Assembly: GCA_031552425.1 (NCBI GenBank)
Contig: JAVBMM010000085.1
Coordinates: 1 to 47,943, forward strand
Direction of reading: 5' to 3'
Length of the DNA stretch: 47,943 nt
Source of the DNA: Bacteroidales bacterium
Lineage (GTDB): Bacteria > Bacteroidota > Bacteroidia > Bacteroidales > Azobacteroidaceae
The notes under the pieces were generated by a model. That model had not been told where the DNA came from. It ran no database searches and saw only the letters and a program-made list of their open reading frames with translations. Shown in pieces: positions 38,462 to 47,258 of the stretch (positions within the stretch are counted from its first letter, which is position 1; each line of letters begins with the position of its first letter). A program made the position numbers and the translations under genes.

Positions 38462-39547
38462 ATGAAGGTTCTTAAAAGAATAGATACATATATCATTAAA
38501 AAATTCCTCGGCACATACATTTTTGCCATTTTATTGATTATTTCTATTTCAGTGATGTTTGACCTGAATGAAAAAATAGATAAGTTTATTAAGACTGATG
38601 GACCTTCTGTTTCTGCGATTGTTTTTGATTATTACATGAATTTTATTCCGTATTTTGCGAATTTATTCAGTCCCCTTTTTACATTTATAGCAGTTATCTT
38701 TTTTACATCTAAATTGGCAGATAATTCGGAAATTATAGCCATGTTATCCGGTGGGATTAGTTTTCCAAGGTTGATGAGGCCTTATATGATTTCAGCCGCA
38801 ATGATTGCCATATTTACTTTTACATTAAATAGTTTTGTAATTCCTCCGGCAAATATTACCCGGATTAAATTTCAGAACAAATATATCAAAGATAGGAGCG
38901 TGGATTATGCACGGAATGTGCAATTGGAAGTTTCTCCCGGAGTGATAGCGTACATCGGAAGTTATAATGATAAAATGGCGACCGGAAGACAATTTTCTTT
39001 AGAGAAATTCGATGGAAAAGAGCTTGTTTCCAGATTGACTGCTCAAACGATTATTTATGATTCTCTTAACCGATGGACAATCCAAGATTACATGATTCGT
39101 AATTTCACAGGAATGAAAGAAAATATTATTCACGGAGATGTAATTGATACGACGTTAGTAATGATTCCTTCAGATTTTCTAATTGCGGTTAATGATAGTG
39201 AACAAATGACTACTCCGGAGCTTAGAAAGTATATCAATAGACAAAAAGAAAGGAAAATAGGAAATATACAATTGTTTGAAATTGAATATCATCAGCGATT
39301 TTCAATGACCTTTGCCGCTTTTATATTGACTATCATAGGGGTTTCTCTTTCTTCCCGGAAAATAAAAGGAGGGATGGGTTTTAATATTGGAATGGGATTA
39401 TTACTTAGTTTTTCTTATATTCTTTTCATGCAAGTGACATCTACTTTTGCTATTTCCGGCTATGTGAGTCCTTTTGTCGCTGTTTGGATTCCTAATGTGG
39501 TTTACGCTTTTATTGCCATCTACTTATATCGAAAAGCACCCAGATAA
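38462..39547 (+). CDS. LptF/LptG family (YjgP/YjgQ) LPS export permease
   Basis: 361 aa. Three N-terminal hydrophobic helices, a soluble insertion of about 150 aa and three C-terminal helices match the family architecture. The N-terminus KRIDTYIIKKFLGTYIFAI is typical. Confidence 0.8.
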   Translation: MKVLKRIDTYIIKKFLGTYIFAILLIISISVMFDLNEKIDKFIKTDGPSVSAIVFDYYMNFIPYFANLFSPLFTFIAVIFFTSKLADNSEIIAMLSGGISFPRLMRPYMISAAMIAIFTFTLNSFVIPPANITRIKFQNKYIKDRSVDYARNVQLEVSPGVIAYIGSYNDKMATGRQFSLEKFDGKELVSRLTAQTIIYDSLNRWTIQDYMIRNFTGMKENIIHGDVIDTTLVMIPSDFLIAVNDSEQMTTPELRKYINRQKERKIGNIQLFEIEYHQRFSMTFAAFILTIIGVSLSSRKIKGGMGFNIGMGLLLSFSYILFMQVTSTFAISGYVSPFVAVWIPNVVYAFIAIYLYRKAPR

Positions 39548-39562
39548 GACAAAATAAAAATA

Positions 39563-40696
39563 TTATAACCTTTGTTGTAATAAAGAGATATTTTTTCTTT
39601 TCCATTCGGTAAAATCTCCCGTAATGATATGCTTGCGGGCTTCTTTTACTAACCAAATGTAAAATGCCAGGTTGTGAATGGATGCAATTTGTAATGCTAA
39701 AATTTCGTCAACCATGAAAAGATGACGCAAATATGCTTTGGAGTAAAGCTTATCCACAATAGAAGCTCCATCTTCTTCGATAGGAGAAAAATCGTCTGCC
39801 CAGCGCTTATTACGCATATTCATAATCCCGTTTTTAGTGAATAATTGTCCGTTCCTACCGTTACGGGTAGGCATGATGCAGTCGAACATATCCACTCCAC
39901 GTTCAATACATTCCAGTAAATTGGCAGGAGTACCGACTCCCATTAAGTATCGAGGTTTTTCTTCCGGTAATATTTCGTTGACTAATTCTACCATTTCATA
40001 CATTTTTTCGGTAGGTTCTCCTACAGCTAAACCTCCTATTGCATTGCCCGGAGCATTTTTAGATGCGATGTTTTCTGCTGCTTTTTTTCTTAAGTCCGGA
40101 TATATACAACCTTGTACTATAGGAAAAAGATTTTGTTCGTAGCCGTACTTATTTTCCGTTTCATTGAAACGTTTTATGCATCGATCTAACCATCTTTCTG
40201 TTAGATCCAAAGATTTTTTTGCATAATTGTAATCTGCATCTCCCGGAGTACATTCATCAAATGCCATGATGATATCCGCTCCGATGCTCCGTTGTATATC
40301 CATTACATTTTCAGGAGTGAAAAGATGTTTTGATCCATCTATGTGTGAACGAAATTCAGCTCCTTCTTCTTTCAATTTACGGTTATGTGCTAAAGAAAAT
40401 ACTTGAAATCCTCCACTATCAGTTAAAATAGGCTTATTCCAACCATTGAATCGATGTAATCCTCCTGCTTTTTCTAAGATATCAATTCCTGGTCGGAGGT
40501 ACAAATGGTATGTATTTCCGAGGATTATTTCTGCTTTAATATCTTCTTTTAATTCAGTAAAATGTACAGCTTTGACGGATGCTTGGGTTCCTACAGGCAT
40601 GAAAATGGGAGTCTCTATAATTCCATGATCTGTAGTTATTTTTCCTGCCCTGGCTTTAGAATGAGGATCTGTATGTTGTAATTCGAATTTCATCAT
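39563..40696 (-). CDS. tgt: tRNA-guanine transglycosylase (queuine tRNA-ribosyltransferase)
   Basis: 377 aa with FMPVGTQASVK, ILTDSGGFQVFSL, GLAVGEP and the CxCxxC-less bacterial zinc site region CIMPTRNGRNG. Confidence 0.95.
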   Translation of the reverse strand: MMKFELQHTDPHSKARAGKITTDHGIIETPIFMPVGTQASVKAVHFTELKEDIKAEIILGNTYHLYLRPGIDILEKAGGLHRFNGWNKPILTDSGGFQVFSLAHNRKLKEEGAEFRSHIDGSKHLFTPENVMDIQRSIGADIIMAFDECTPGDADYNYAKKSLDLTERWLDRCIKRFNETENKYGYEQNLFPIVQGCIYPDLRKKAAENIASKNAPGNAIGGLAVGEPTEKMYEMVELVNEILPEEKPRYLMGVGTPANLLECIERGVDMFDCIMPTRNGRNGQLFTKNGIMNMRNKRWADDFSPIEEDGASIVDKLYSKAYLRHLFMVDEILALQIASIHNLAFYIWLVKEARKHIITGDFTEWKRKNISLLQQRL

Positions 40697-40713
40697 CTTC
40701 TATTTTGCGAATG

Positions 40714-40721
40714 CAAAAATA
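40714..40721 (-). promoter_or_regulatory. Bacteroidota -7 box TAttTTTG (read on minus strand)
   Basis: The plus strand reads CAAAaaTA, 18 nt upstream of the tgt ATG (40696). Confidence 0.45.
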
Positions 40722-40752
40722 CGAAACTCTTTTCATTATTGGCAATGTTTCC

Positions 40753-40760
40753 TATCTTTG
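40753..40760 (+). promoter_or_regulatory. Bacteroidota -7 box TAtcTTTG
   Basis: Exact match, 25 nt upstream of the methyltransferase ATG at 40785. It is divergent from the tgt box. Confidence 0.5.
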
Positions 40761-40784
40761 CGAACAATCTCAAAGACGAATAAA

Positions 40785-41687
40785 ATGATATTTCCTTTCG
40801 AATGTCCTGTTTGTGGTAAAATGATCACTCAAGTTGCTTTCTCATGTAAAGATTATAGTGTGAGTGGTGAGGTTTTTGATATATGTACATGTAATAATTG
40901 TTCTTTTTCGTCTACCCAGCCTCAACCATCGACTTTGGAAATTGGAAAGTATTATCAAACGGAAGAATATATTTCTCATTCAGATACCCATAAAGGAATC
41001 GTTAATAAGTTATATCACATCATTCGGAAGCGAAATACAAAAAATAAGCTGAAAAGGGTCAATCAATTTTCCGGAAGAAAAGGTTCTTTGTTGGATATAG
41101 GTTGCGGAACCGGTTATTTTTTATCGGTTTGCCGTCAAGACGGATGGAATATAACAGGAGTGGAGGTGAGTGACATTGCTCGAAATATTGCAGAAAACCG
41201 GGTCGGAAAAAATATATTTTCTTCTTTAGATTTATTGAATCCGGAAGAAAAAAAGTTTGATGTAATTACTTTATGGCATGTCTTTGAACATTTGCATGAT
41301 ATTAATGCTTCTATACAACAAATTATCCGTTTGTTGAATATAGATGGTGTATTGATTCTTGCATTGCCGAATCCTGAAAGTTTTGATGCAAAATATTATA
41401 AAGAATATTGGGCTGCATACGATGTTCCGAGACATTTATCGCATTTTTCTCCTCAATCGGTTAAGCTACTTATACGAAAATATGGAATGAAAGTCGATGC
41501 GGTTATTCCTATGTGTTTTGATGCTTTCTATATCAGTATGCTAAGTGAACAATTGAAAGGTTCCGGAAAAATATCCACATTATTCAAGGGCTTTTGGATC
41601 GGTTTAAAGTCTAATTTCATGGCCCGTAAGGATAGAAATTATTCGAGCTTAATCTATGTGTTCTCTAAAGAAAATAAAGGATGTTAG
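40785..41687 (+). CDS. Class I SAM-dependent methyltransferase with N-terminal zinc-ribbon-like domain
   Basis: CPVCG...CNNC cysteine pairs lie at the N-terminus and LLDIGCGTGYF is SAM-binding motif I. The ATG at 40785 is preferred over the TTG at 40758 because a TAtcTTTG box spans 40753-40760. Confidence 0.75.
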   Translation: MIFPFECPVCGKMITQVAFSCKDYSVSGEVFDICTCNNCSFSSTQPQPSTLEIGKYYQTEEYISHSDTHKGIVNKLYHIIRKRNTKNKLKRVNQFSGRKGSLLDIGCGTGYFLSVCRQDGWNITGVEVSDIARNIAENRVGKNIFSSLDLLNPEEKKFDVITLWHVFEHLHDINASIQQIIRLLNIDGVLILALPNPESFDAKYYKEYWAAYDVPRHLSHFSPQSVKLLIRKYGMKVDAVIPMCFDAFYISMLSEQLKGSGKISTLFKGFWIGLKSNFMARKDRNYSSLIYVFSKENKGC

Positions 41688-41827
41688 AGTATTACTATAA
41701 GTCTTCTCTTATTATTCAATCTTGTAAATTTTATATTTCTTTAATAAGTTTCCATCTGAAAAATCAGCCGAAAAAATGCCGGAGAGAATATGAATGTGTT
41801 TTTATATGCTATTTAAGTGAAATTTAT

Positions 41828-41888
41828 ATATAGTAGGGCTGCAGATGTCATGTAGTAGGACTATAATGCTTCTGTAGCCCTACTATAT
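41828..41888. repeat. 17-nt inverted repeat (one G:T position) with a 27-nt spacer that contains a third, direct half-site copy
   Basis: ATATAGTAGGGCTGCAG (41828-41844) pairs with CTGTAGCCCTACTATAT (41872-41888). The spacer contains TGTAGTAGGACTATA (41851-41865), similar to arm 1. Confidence 0.8.
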
Positions 41889-41927
41889 TTTATAAAAAAA
41901 GGGAGGGTTTTTAGTATAAAATGATAC

Positions 41928-41965
41928 AAAAAAAGGCTTGAAAAAATGTTTCCAAGCCCTTTTTC
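41928..41965. terminator. Bidirectional hairpin terminator in intergenic island
   Basis: GGCTT (41935-41939) pairs with AAGCC (41954-41958), and the inner GAAA (41940-41943) pairs with TTTC (41949-41952), leaving C41953 as a one-nucleotide bulge. An A7 run lies upstream (U7 on the minus strand) and a T5 run downstream. Confidence 0.5.
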
Positions 41966-42071
41966 TCACAAGTTGATGTACCTGTGACATTACCCTATAG
42001 ATAGGGTTTATATGTTTTTATTTAACTTCTTCCGGCTTCCTTACCGGCGAACAGCTGTATGGCAATGATTG
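41928..42071 (-). ncRNA. Candidate small RNA (about 140 nt), predicted only from promoter box plus terminator geometry
   Basis: On the minus strand, an exact TAtaTTTG box (42078-42085) is followed about 110 nt downstream by a hairpin (41935-41958) and a run of 7 U (41928-41934). An internal 7-bp hairpin lies at 41992-42007. No minus-strand ORF longer than about 17 codons lies between the box and the terminator. A 34-codon ATG ORF starting at about 41990 runs through the terminator. Confidence 0.2.
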
Positions 42072-42235
42072 AGGCTGCAAATATAAGTACCCAAAAGGAT
42101 AATTTATTGCATTATTCCAACATCTTACTCCACTATTTCAACCAAAAACTCACTTTGTTCGCGTTAGGGTCGCTGTCGCTCCCTGTGAAGTTCTTGGAGA
42201 CACGAACAGATTTAGATATTAGAAGTATTAAATAA
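42059..42235 (+). CDS. Candidate small ORF (58 aa, no recognisable family). Very uncertain.
   Basis: I translated this by hand: MAMIEAANISTQKDNLLHYSNILLHYFNQKLTLFALGSLSLPVKFLETRTDLDIRSIK. The TAA at 42233-42235 lies 4 nt before a strong hairpin. It falls below the 60-aa cutoff of the ORF track. It uses CTC, TCG, GCG and CGA, codons that by eye look uncommon in the flanking genes. Confidence 0.15.
   Translation: MAMIEAANISTQKDNLLHYSNILLHYFNQKLTLFALGSLSLPVKFLETRTDLDIRSIK
42078..42085 (-). promoter_or_regulatory. Bacteroidota -7 box TAtaTTTG (read on minus strand) inside the 41688-42333 intergenic island
   Basis: The plus strand reads CAAAtaTA. There is no downstream protein gene on that strand. 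See the candidate sRNA feature. Confidence 0.25.
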
Positions 42236-42238
42236 ATT

Positions 42239-42279
42239 AAAAAGTCAAGAAAGATTTTAATTTACTTTCTTGACTTTTT
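42239..42279. terminator. Strong bidirectional intrinsic terminator, about 55 nt downstream of the hppA stop
   Basis: A 10-bp stem GTCAAGAAAG (42244-42253) pairs with CTTTCTTGAC (42265-42274). It is flanked by an A run and a T run that extend pairing to about 15 bp. The loop is 11 nt. Confidence 0.65.
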
Positions 42280-42333
42280 AATTGTATTAATATAGAGGGA
42301 TTTATCCCTTTAATTAGCTTTGGTAATAATCTA

Positions 42334-44538
42334 TTAGAAAAGTGACCAAGTTACTGTTAATCCGGCCATTATGATTGCTACCATGCTCATTAATTTAATG
42401 AGGATATTTAAGCTTGGTCCGGAAGTATCTTTAAATGGATCTCCAACGGTATCTCCTACAACTGTAGCTTTATGGGCATCTCCACCTTTTCCTCCGTGAT
42501 TGCCCTCTTCTACATATTTTTTAGCATTATCCCAAGCTCCTCCGGCGTTTGCCATGAATATAGCAAGTACAAAACCGGTACTTAGTCCCCCTACTAATAA
42601 ACCCATAACTCCTGAAACTCCAAAAATTAATCCGACGATAACCGGAGCGGCAATAGCAAGGATAGACGGAATAATCATTTCCCGTTGAGCCCCTTTGGTG
42701 GAAATTTCCACACAGCGAGCGTAATCCGGTTCAGCTTCTCCTGAAAGAATACCTTTTATTTCACGGAATTGTCTGCGCACTTCTTCTACCATATTGGCAG
42801 CTGCACGTCCCACAGCATTCATTGTCAATCCGCAGAAAAGGAAAGTCATCATAGATCCGAGAAACATACCTACCAACACTTTAGGATTCATCAGTGTAAT
42901 GTCATAATAAGCCATGAAATCCAAAAAATCAGCTTTGGATGTCTCTATAATGTTTCCATTAGACAATGTTAATGTATTTTGTCCTAACCGTATCAATCCT
43001 ATTTTTATCTCTTCTACATAAGATGCTAATAATGCCAAACCTGTTAGCGCCGCAGAACCAATTGCAAATCCTTTTCCTGTAGCAGCAGTAGTATTTCCTA
43101 ATGCATCTAAAGTATCAGTTCTTTGACGTACACTTTTGTCCAAGCCACTCATTTCGGCATTTCCTCCTGCATTATCTGCGATAGGGCCGTATGCATCTGT
43201 AGCTAAGGTTATTCCAAGAGTAGAAAGCATTCCGACAGCAGCAATACCGATTCCGTATAATCCCATTCCTACATTATTAAAATCGAAACCTGACGCGAAA
43301 AGGAATGCGGCAATAGTTCCAATAACAACAGCAATAACAGGGATGGCGGTAGACATCATGCCAAGTCCTAATCCGGAGATAATAACAGTAGCTGGACCTG
43401 TAAGTCCGGCTTCGGATACTTTTCGAGTAGGCTTGTAAGAGTGCGAAGTATAATATTCAGTGGCTTGTCCGATAACAATTCCTACTAATAAACCAATGAC
43501 AACAGAACAAGATATCCATTGCCAGTTCTCCATTTGTAACCAATAAAGAATTCCGAAAGTGGAGAAAATAATTAAAATAGAACTTAAATTTGTTCCAAAG
43601 GACAATGATTTTAGTAAGCCCTTCATAGATGCATTTTCTTTTGTGCGGACAGCAAAAATACCCAAAATGGATAAAATAATTCCCACTGCGGCAATCAACA
43701 TCGGAGCTATTACGGCTTTGTACTGCATGCTAACATCTCCGGAACTTACAAATGCTGCAGCTCCTAAAGCGGAAGTTGCGAGGATAGAACCACAATATGA
43801 CTCATATAAGTCTGCTCCCATTCCGGCAACATCTCCAACATTGTCTCCTACATTATCAGCAATAGTTGCAGGATTCCGAGGATCATCTTCCGGTATTCCG
43901 GCTTCTACTTTTCCCACTAAATCTGCGCCAACATCGGCAGCCTTGGTGTAAATTCCACCTCCTACGCGTGCAAAAAGAGCTTGAGTGGAAGCTCCCATCC
44001 CAAAAGTTAACATAGTAGTAGTAATGATGGTCAATTTGTGCATATCGTTGATGGATTCTGCAGGTATAAGCCAATTGAGGAGTAAATACCAAAAGGAAAT
44101 ATCAATTAATCCTAATCCAACTACAACTAAACCCATTACGGCTCCACTACGGAATGCTAATTGTAAACCTTGGTTTAGCGATTTTTCAGCCGCATGGGCG
44201 GTACGTGCAGAAGCATAAGTTGCCGTTTTCATACCTAGAAATCCTGCTAATCCTGAAAAGAAACCTCCTGTAAGAAAAGCAACAGGTACCCAATGGTTTT
44301 GAAGGTCAAATCCAAATGCCATGATGGCGAAAAGTAGAACAAGAATGAGAAAGACAATTCCCACTATTTTATATTGTTGTTTGAGGTATGACATGGCACC
44401 GACACGGACGTGTTGGGCAATTTTTTTCATTGTGTCTGTACCTTCATCCTTCTTCATCATCCATTTGAAGAAGTAAAATGCAAAAAATAGTGCCATAATG
44501 GATGCGATTGGCACGATCCAAAAAATACTTGTTACCAT
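42334..44538 (-). CDS. hppA: Membrane-integral pyrophosphate-energised cation pump (K+-dependent type mPPase)
   Basis: 734 aa and polytopic, with [41 protein letters not shown] and [21 protein letters not shown] motifs. Confidence 0.95.
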   Translation of the reverse strand: MVTSIFWIVPIASIMALFFAFYFFKWMMKKDEGTDTMKKIAQHVRVGAMSYLKQQYKIVGIVFLILVLLFAIMAFGFDLQNHWVPVAFLTGGFFSGLAGFLGMKTATYASARTAHAAEKSLNQGLQLAFRSGAVMGLVVVGLGLIDISFWYLLLNWLIPAESINDMHKLTIITTTMLTFGMGASTQALFARVGGGIYTKAADVGADLVGKVEAGIPEDDPRNPATIADNVGDNVGDVAGMGADLYESYCGSILATSALGAAAFVSSGDVSMQYKAVIAPMLIAAVGIILSILGIFAVRTKENASMKGLLKSLSFGTNLSSILIIFSTFGILYWLQMENWQWISCSVVIGLLVGIVIGQATEYYTSHSYKPTRKVSEAGLTGPATVIISGLGLGMMSTAIPVIAVVIGTIAAFLFASGFDFNNVGMGLYGIGIAAVGMLSTLGITLATDAYGPIADNAGGNAEMSGLDKSVRQRTDTLDALGNTTAATGKGFAIGSAALTGLALLASYVEEIKIGLIRLGQNTLTLSNGNIIETSKADFLDFMAYYDITLMNPKVLVGMFLGSMMTFLFCGLTMNAVGRAAANMVEEVRRQFREIKGILSGEAEPDYARCVEISTKGAQREMIIPSILAIAAPVIVGLIFGVSGVMGLLVGGLSTGFVLAIFMANAGGAWDNAKKYVEEGNHGGKGGDAHKATVVGDTVGDPFKDTSGPSLNILIKLMSMVAIIMAGLTVTWSLF

Positions 44539-44625
44539 GATATTTATAAAGATTTTAAAAATAATTTGGACGTAAAAGTAAACAATTTATGGGAATTTTT
44601 CATTATTATTGTAAATTAAAATAAT

Positions 44626-45426
44626 ATGTCGGAAAATAAGAATATATATAAAATCGGACTGGCATTGAGCGGTGGAGGAGCTAAGGGTTTTGCTCATGCT
44701 GGAGTATTTAAGGCTTTAGAGGAATTTTCTTTGAAACCGGATATTATTTCGGGTACCAGTGCCGGAGCTATTGCAGGAGTATTATATGCGGATGGATATG
44801 CTCCGGAAGAAATTATAGAATTATTCATTGGATTGGAGTTTAAAAAATTTGCAGAAATACAATTACCCAAGGCCGGTATTTTTAATATGATCGGATTCAA
44901 AGGGTTTCTGAAAAAATATTTAAGAGCCAGAACTTTCGAAGAATTGAAAATTCCTTTGGTAGTAGTTGCTACGGACTTAGATGATGGTATAAGTGTAGCT
45001 TTCAATAAGGGGCCTTTGCTGGAACCTATTATGGCTTCGTGTAGTATCCCGATTATTTTTAATCCGGTGCTTATTAATGGAATTCATTATGTAGATGGAG
45101 GATTGTTCCGTAATTTTCCGGTAAGTAATATCCGGGGAATTTGTGAGAAAGTGATAGGTGTTAATGTAGCTCCTTTAGTTCCTAAAAAATACAATCAAAC
45201 CATATTACATATTGCTGAACGTTCTTATCATTATATGTTTAGGGCAAATACTTTGCCTGACAGGCGTTTATGTGATATCTTGATTGAAAATGAAGAATTT
45301 GCCAATTTCAAAACCTTTGATTTGGTGAATATCCGCATGATTTTCGATAAAGGATACAAAGAAGCTGTAAAAACTTTGTCAGAGAAAAAAGTAAGTGTAC
45401 AATCGATTTTAAATGAGATAGCATGA
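44626..45426 (+). CDS. Patatin-like phospholipase family protein
   Basis: 266 aa with the oxyanion motif LALSGGGAKGFAHAG, the nucleophile elbow GTSAGA and the catalytic Asp context YVDGGL. Confidence 0.85.
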   Translation: MSENKNIYKIGLALSGGGAKGFAHAGVFKALEEFSLKPDIISGTSAGAIAGVLYADGYAPEEIIELFIGLEFKKFAEIQLPKAGIFNMIGFKGFLKKYLRARTFEELKIPLVVVATDLDDGISVAFNKGPLLEPIMASCSIPIIFNPVLINGIHYVDGGLFRNFPVSNIRGICEKVIGVNVAPLVPKKYNQTILHIAERSYHYMFRANTLPDRRLCDILIENEEFANFKTFDLVNIRMIFDKGYKEAVKTLSEKKVSVQSILNEIA

Positions 45427-47111
45427 GTCAATCAAAAAAAATAATTATTTACCAAGTTCTTACGAGATTATTCGGAAACGATAATAAAACCAATAATGTA
45501 AATGGTACTCTAGAGGAAAATGGTGTAGGAAAGTTTTCTGCATTTACATCTAAAGCATTGAATTCTATTAAAAATATGGGGATAACGCATATTTGGTATA
45601 CTGGAATCATTGAACATGCCTCTAAAACGAATTATTTTCAGGATAGAAAAGATCATCCGGGAGTAGTGAAAGGAAATGCGGGATCTCCTTATGCCATAAA
45701 GGATTATTATGATGTGGATCCTGATTTGGCAGATGATGTTCCAAACAGGATGAAAGAATTTGAAAATTTGATTGAACGTACACACAAAACAGGGTTAAAG
45801 GTGATTATAGATTTTGTACCTAATCATGTGGCACGTCGGTATTATTCGGATGTAAAGTCTCAAAATATCATGGATTTGGGTGGAAACGATGATATACACA
45901 CTACTTTTAATGTGAATAATAATTTTTATTATATCCCAGGACAAGCGTTGGAGCCTCAATTCAATACTTCTGTTAACGGAGAAAAATATGAAGAATATCC
46001 GGCAAAGGTAACCGGAAATGATTGTTTTTCAGCGAATCCGTCGATTAACGATTGGTATGAAACAGTAAAATTGAACTATGGAGTAGATTATTTGAATGGA
46101 CAGACAAAGCATTTTGATCCTATTCCCGATACGTGGAAAAAAATGTTGGATATACTTCTTTTTTGGTCATCGAAAAAAATAGATGCTTTTCGTTGTGATA
46201 TGGCTGAAATGGTTCCTGTTGAATTTTGGGGATGGGTTATCCCTCAGGTAAAAAAGCAATATCCGGAAATGTTATTTATTGCAGAAGTGTATAATCCTTC
46301 CGAATACCGGAATTATATTTTTAATGGAAAATTTGATTATTTGTACGATAAAGTGGGATTATATGATACACTACATTCTATTATGTCTAACGAACAATCT
46401 GCCGGATCAATTACGCCTTGTTGGCAATCGATAGAAGGAATGCAACACAGAATGTTGAATTTCTTGGAAAATCATGATGAACAGCGTATTGCATCTGATT
46501 TTTTTGCAGGAGACCCCTGGAAAGCAGTACCAGCTATGATTATTGTAGCGACTATGAATATTAATCCTGTAATGATCTATTTCGGGCAAGAACTAGGAGA
46601 GAAGGGCATGGATACAGAGGGTTTTAGTGGTAAGGACGGACGTACTTCTATTTTCGATTATTGGGGAATGGATACTATTCAACGTTGGAGAAATGAAGGA
46701 AAATATACATTGTCTTCATTGAATGGTAATGAAAAAAAACTTCGGAATTTTTATGTAAAACTCCTTTCTTTGTGTAATGAAGAAAAAGCTATTTCTCAAG
46801 GAGTTTTTTATGATCTGATGTATGTAAATTATAATAATCCCGGTTTTAATATTAATAAGCAATATGCTTACATCCGTCAGCATGCTGATGATATTTTACT
46901 CGTTGTTGTCAATTTTGATTCTAAAGAAGTAGATATTTCACTCAATATTCCACAACATGCATTTCAATATTTGAATATACAAAAAAGAAAATTAACCGGA
47001 ATAGAAGATTTATTAACCGGAGAATTGGTTTCTAATATATTTTCTTTTGAAGAACCTTTGAAGTTATCTGTTAAAGGATATTCCGGTAGAATTGTCAGGT
47101 ATAAGAAATAG
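45423..47111 (+). CDS. Glycoside hydrolase family 13 (alpha-amylase family), cytoplasmic
   Basis: All four GH13 conserved regions are visible: IDFVPNHVA, DAFRCDMAEMV, FIAEVYN and FLENHDEQR. There is no signal peptide. An ATGA overlap links it to the patatin-like gene. Confidence 0.85.
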   Translation: MSQSKKIIIYQVLTRLFGNDNKTNNVNGTLEENGVGKFSAFTSKALNSIKNMGITHIWYTGIIEHASKTNYFQDRKDHPGVVKGNAGSPYAIKDYYDVDPDLADDVPNRMKEFENLIERTHKTGLKVIIDFVPNHVARRYYSDVKSQNIMDLGGNDDIHTTFNVNNNFYYIPGQALEPQFNTSVNGEKYEEYPAKVTGNDCFSANPSINDWYETVKLNYGVDYLNGQTKHFDPIPDTWKKMLDILLFWSSKKIDAFRCDMAEMVPVEFWGWVIPQVKKQYPEMLFIAEVYNPSEYRNYIFNGKFDYLYDKVGLYDTLHSIMSNEQSAGSITPCWQSIEGMQHRMLNFLENHDEQRIASDFFAGDPWKAVPAMIIVATMNINPVMIYFGQELGEKGMDTEGFSGKDGRTSIFDYWGMDTIQRWRNEGKYTLSSLNGNEKKLRNFYVKLLSLCNEEKAISQGVFYDLMYVNYNNPGFNINKQYAYIRQHADDILLVVVNFDSKEVDISLNIPQHAFQYLNIQKRKLTGIEDLLTGELVSNIFSFEEPLKLSVKGYSGRIVRYKK

Positions 47112-47216
47112 TTGATTTTTATATACTAATATATTATTGATATCTAGGAAGACTTTGTTGGCATATTTAAATGATTGAAGTTTTTTCAATCTTGTATAAT
47201 ATCCGAACATTATTAC

Positions 47217-47224
47217 TACTTTTG
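47217..47224 (+). promoter_or_regulatory. Bacteroidota -7 box TActTTTG
   Basis: Exact match, 35 nt upstream of the prs ATG (47259). Confidence 0.45.
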
Positions 47225-47258
47225 CATCAAATTATAAAATATCAACATCTTTTAATTT

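Noticed and set aside
41828-41888. The inverted repeat as the terminal repeats of an IS element or MITE.
   Set aside because: The arms are only 27 nt apart and enclose no transposase. I saw no flanking direct target duplication. It is kept as an unexplained repeat rather than a mobile element.
41901-41941. A Shine-Dalgarno-like GGGAGGG followed by a 6-codon ORF (ATG at 41921, MIQKKA).
   Set aside because: It is too short. It runs into the terminator stem, and Bacteroidota rarely rely on SD pairing.
42315-42322. An exact TAgcTTTG box on the plus strand pointing into the 3-prime end of hppA.
   Set aside because: It is probably a chance match. It would drive transcription antisense to a highly expressed pump gene, and nothing else supports it.
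42500-44218. Several plus-strand ORFs of 62-130 aa (42500-42688, 42769-42972, 43136-43438, 43559-43951, 43985-44218), plus a minus-strand out-of-frame ORF at 43883-44092.
   Set aside because: All lie inside the hppA coding region, either antisense or out of frame. The Ala/Pro/Ser/Thr-rich translations are mirror images of the Gly/Ala-rich pump sequence.
44626-45426. The patatin-like protein as an effector of a CBASS-like or other defence system.
   Set aside because: There is no cyclase, sensor, nuclease or other defence-type neighbour. It is flanked by hppA and a GH13 enzyme in a housekeeping context.
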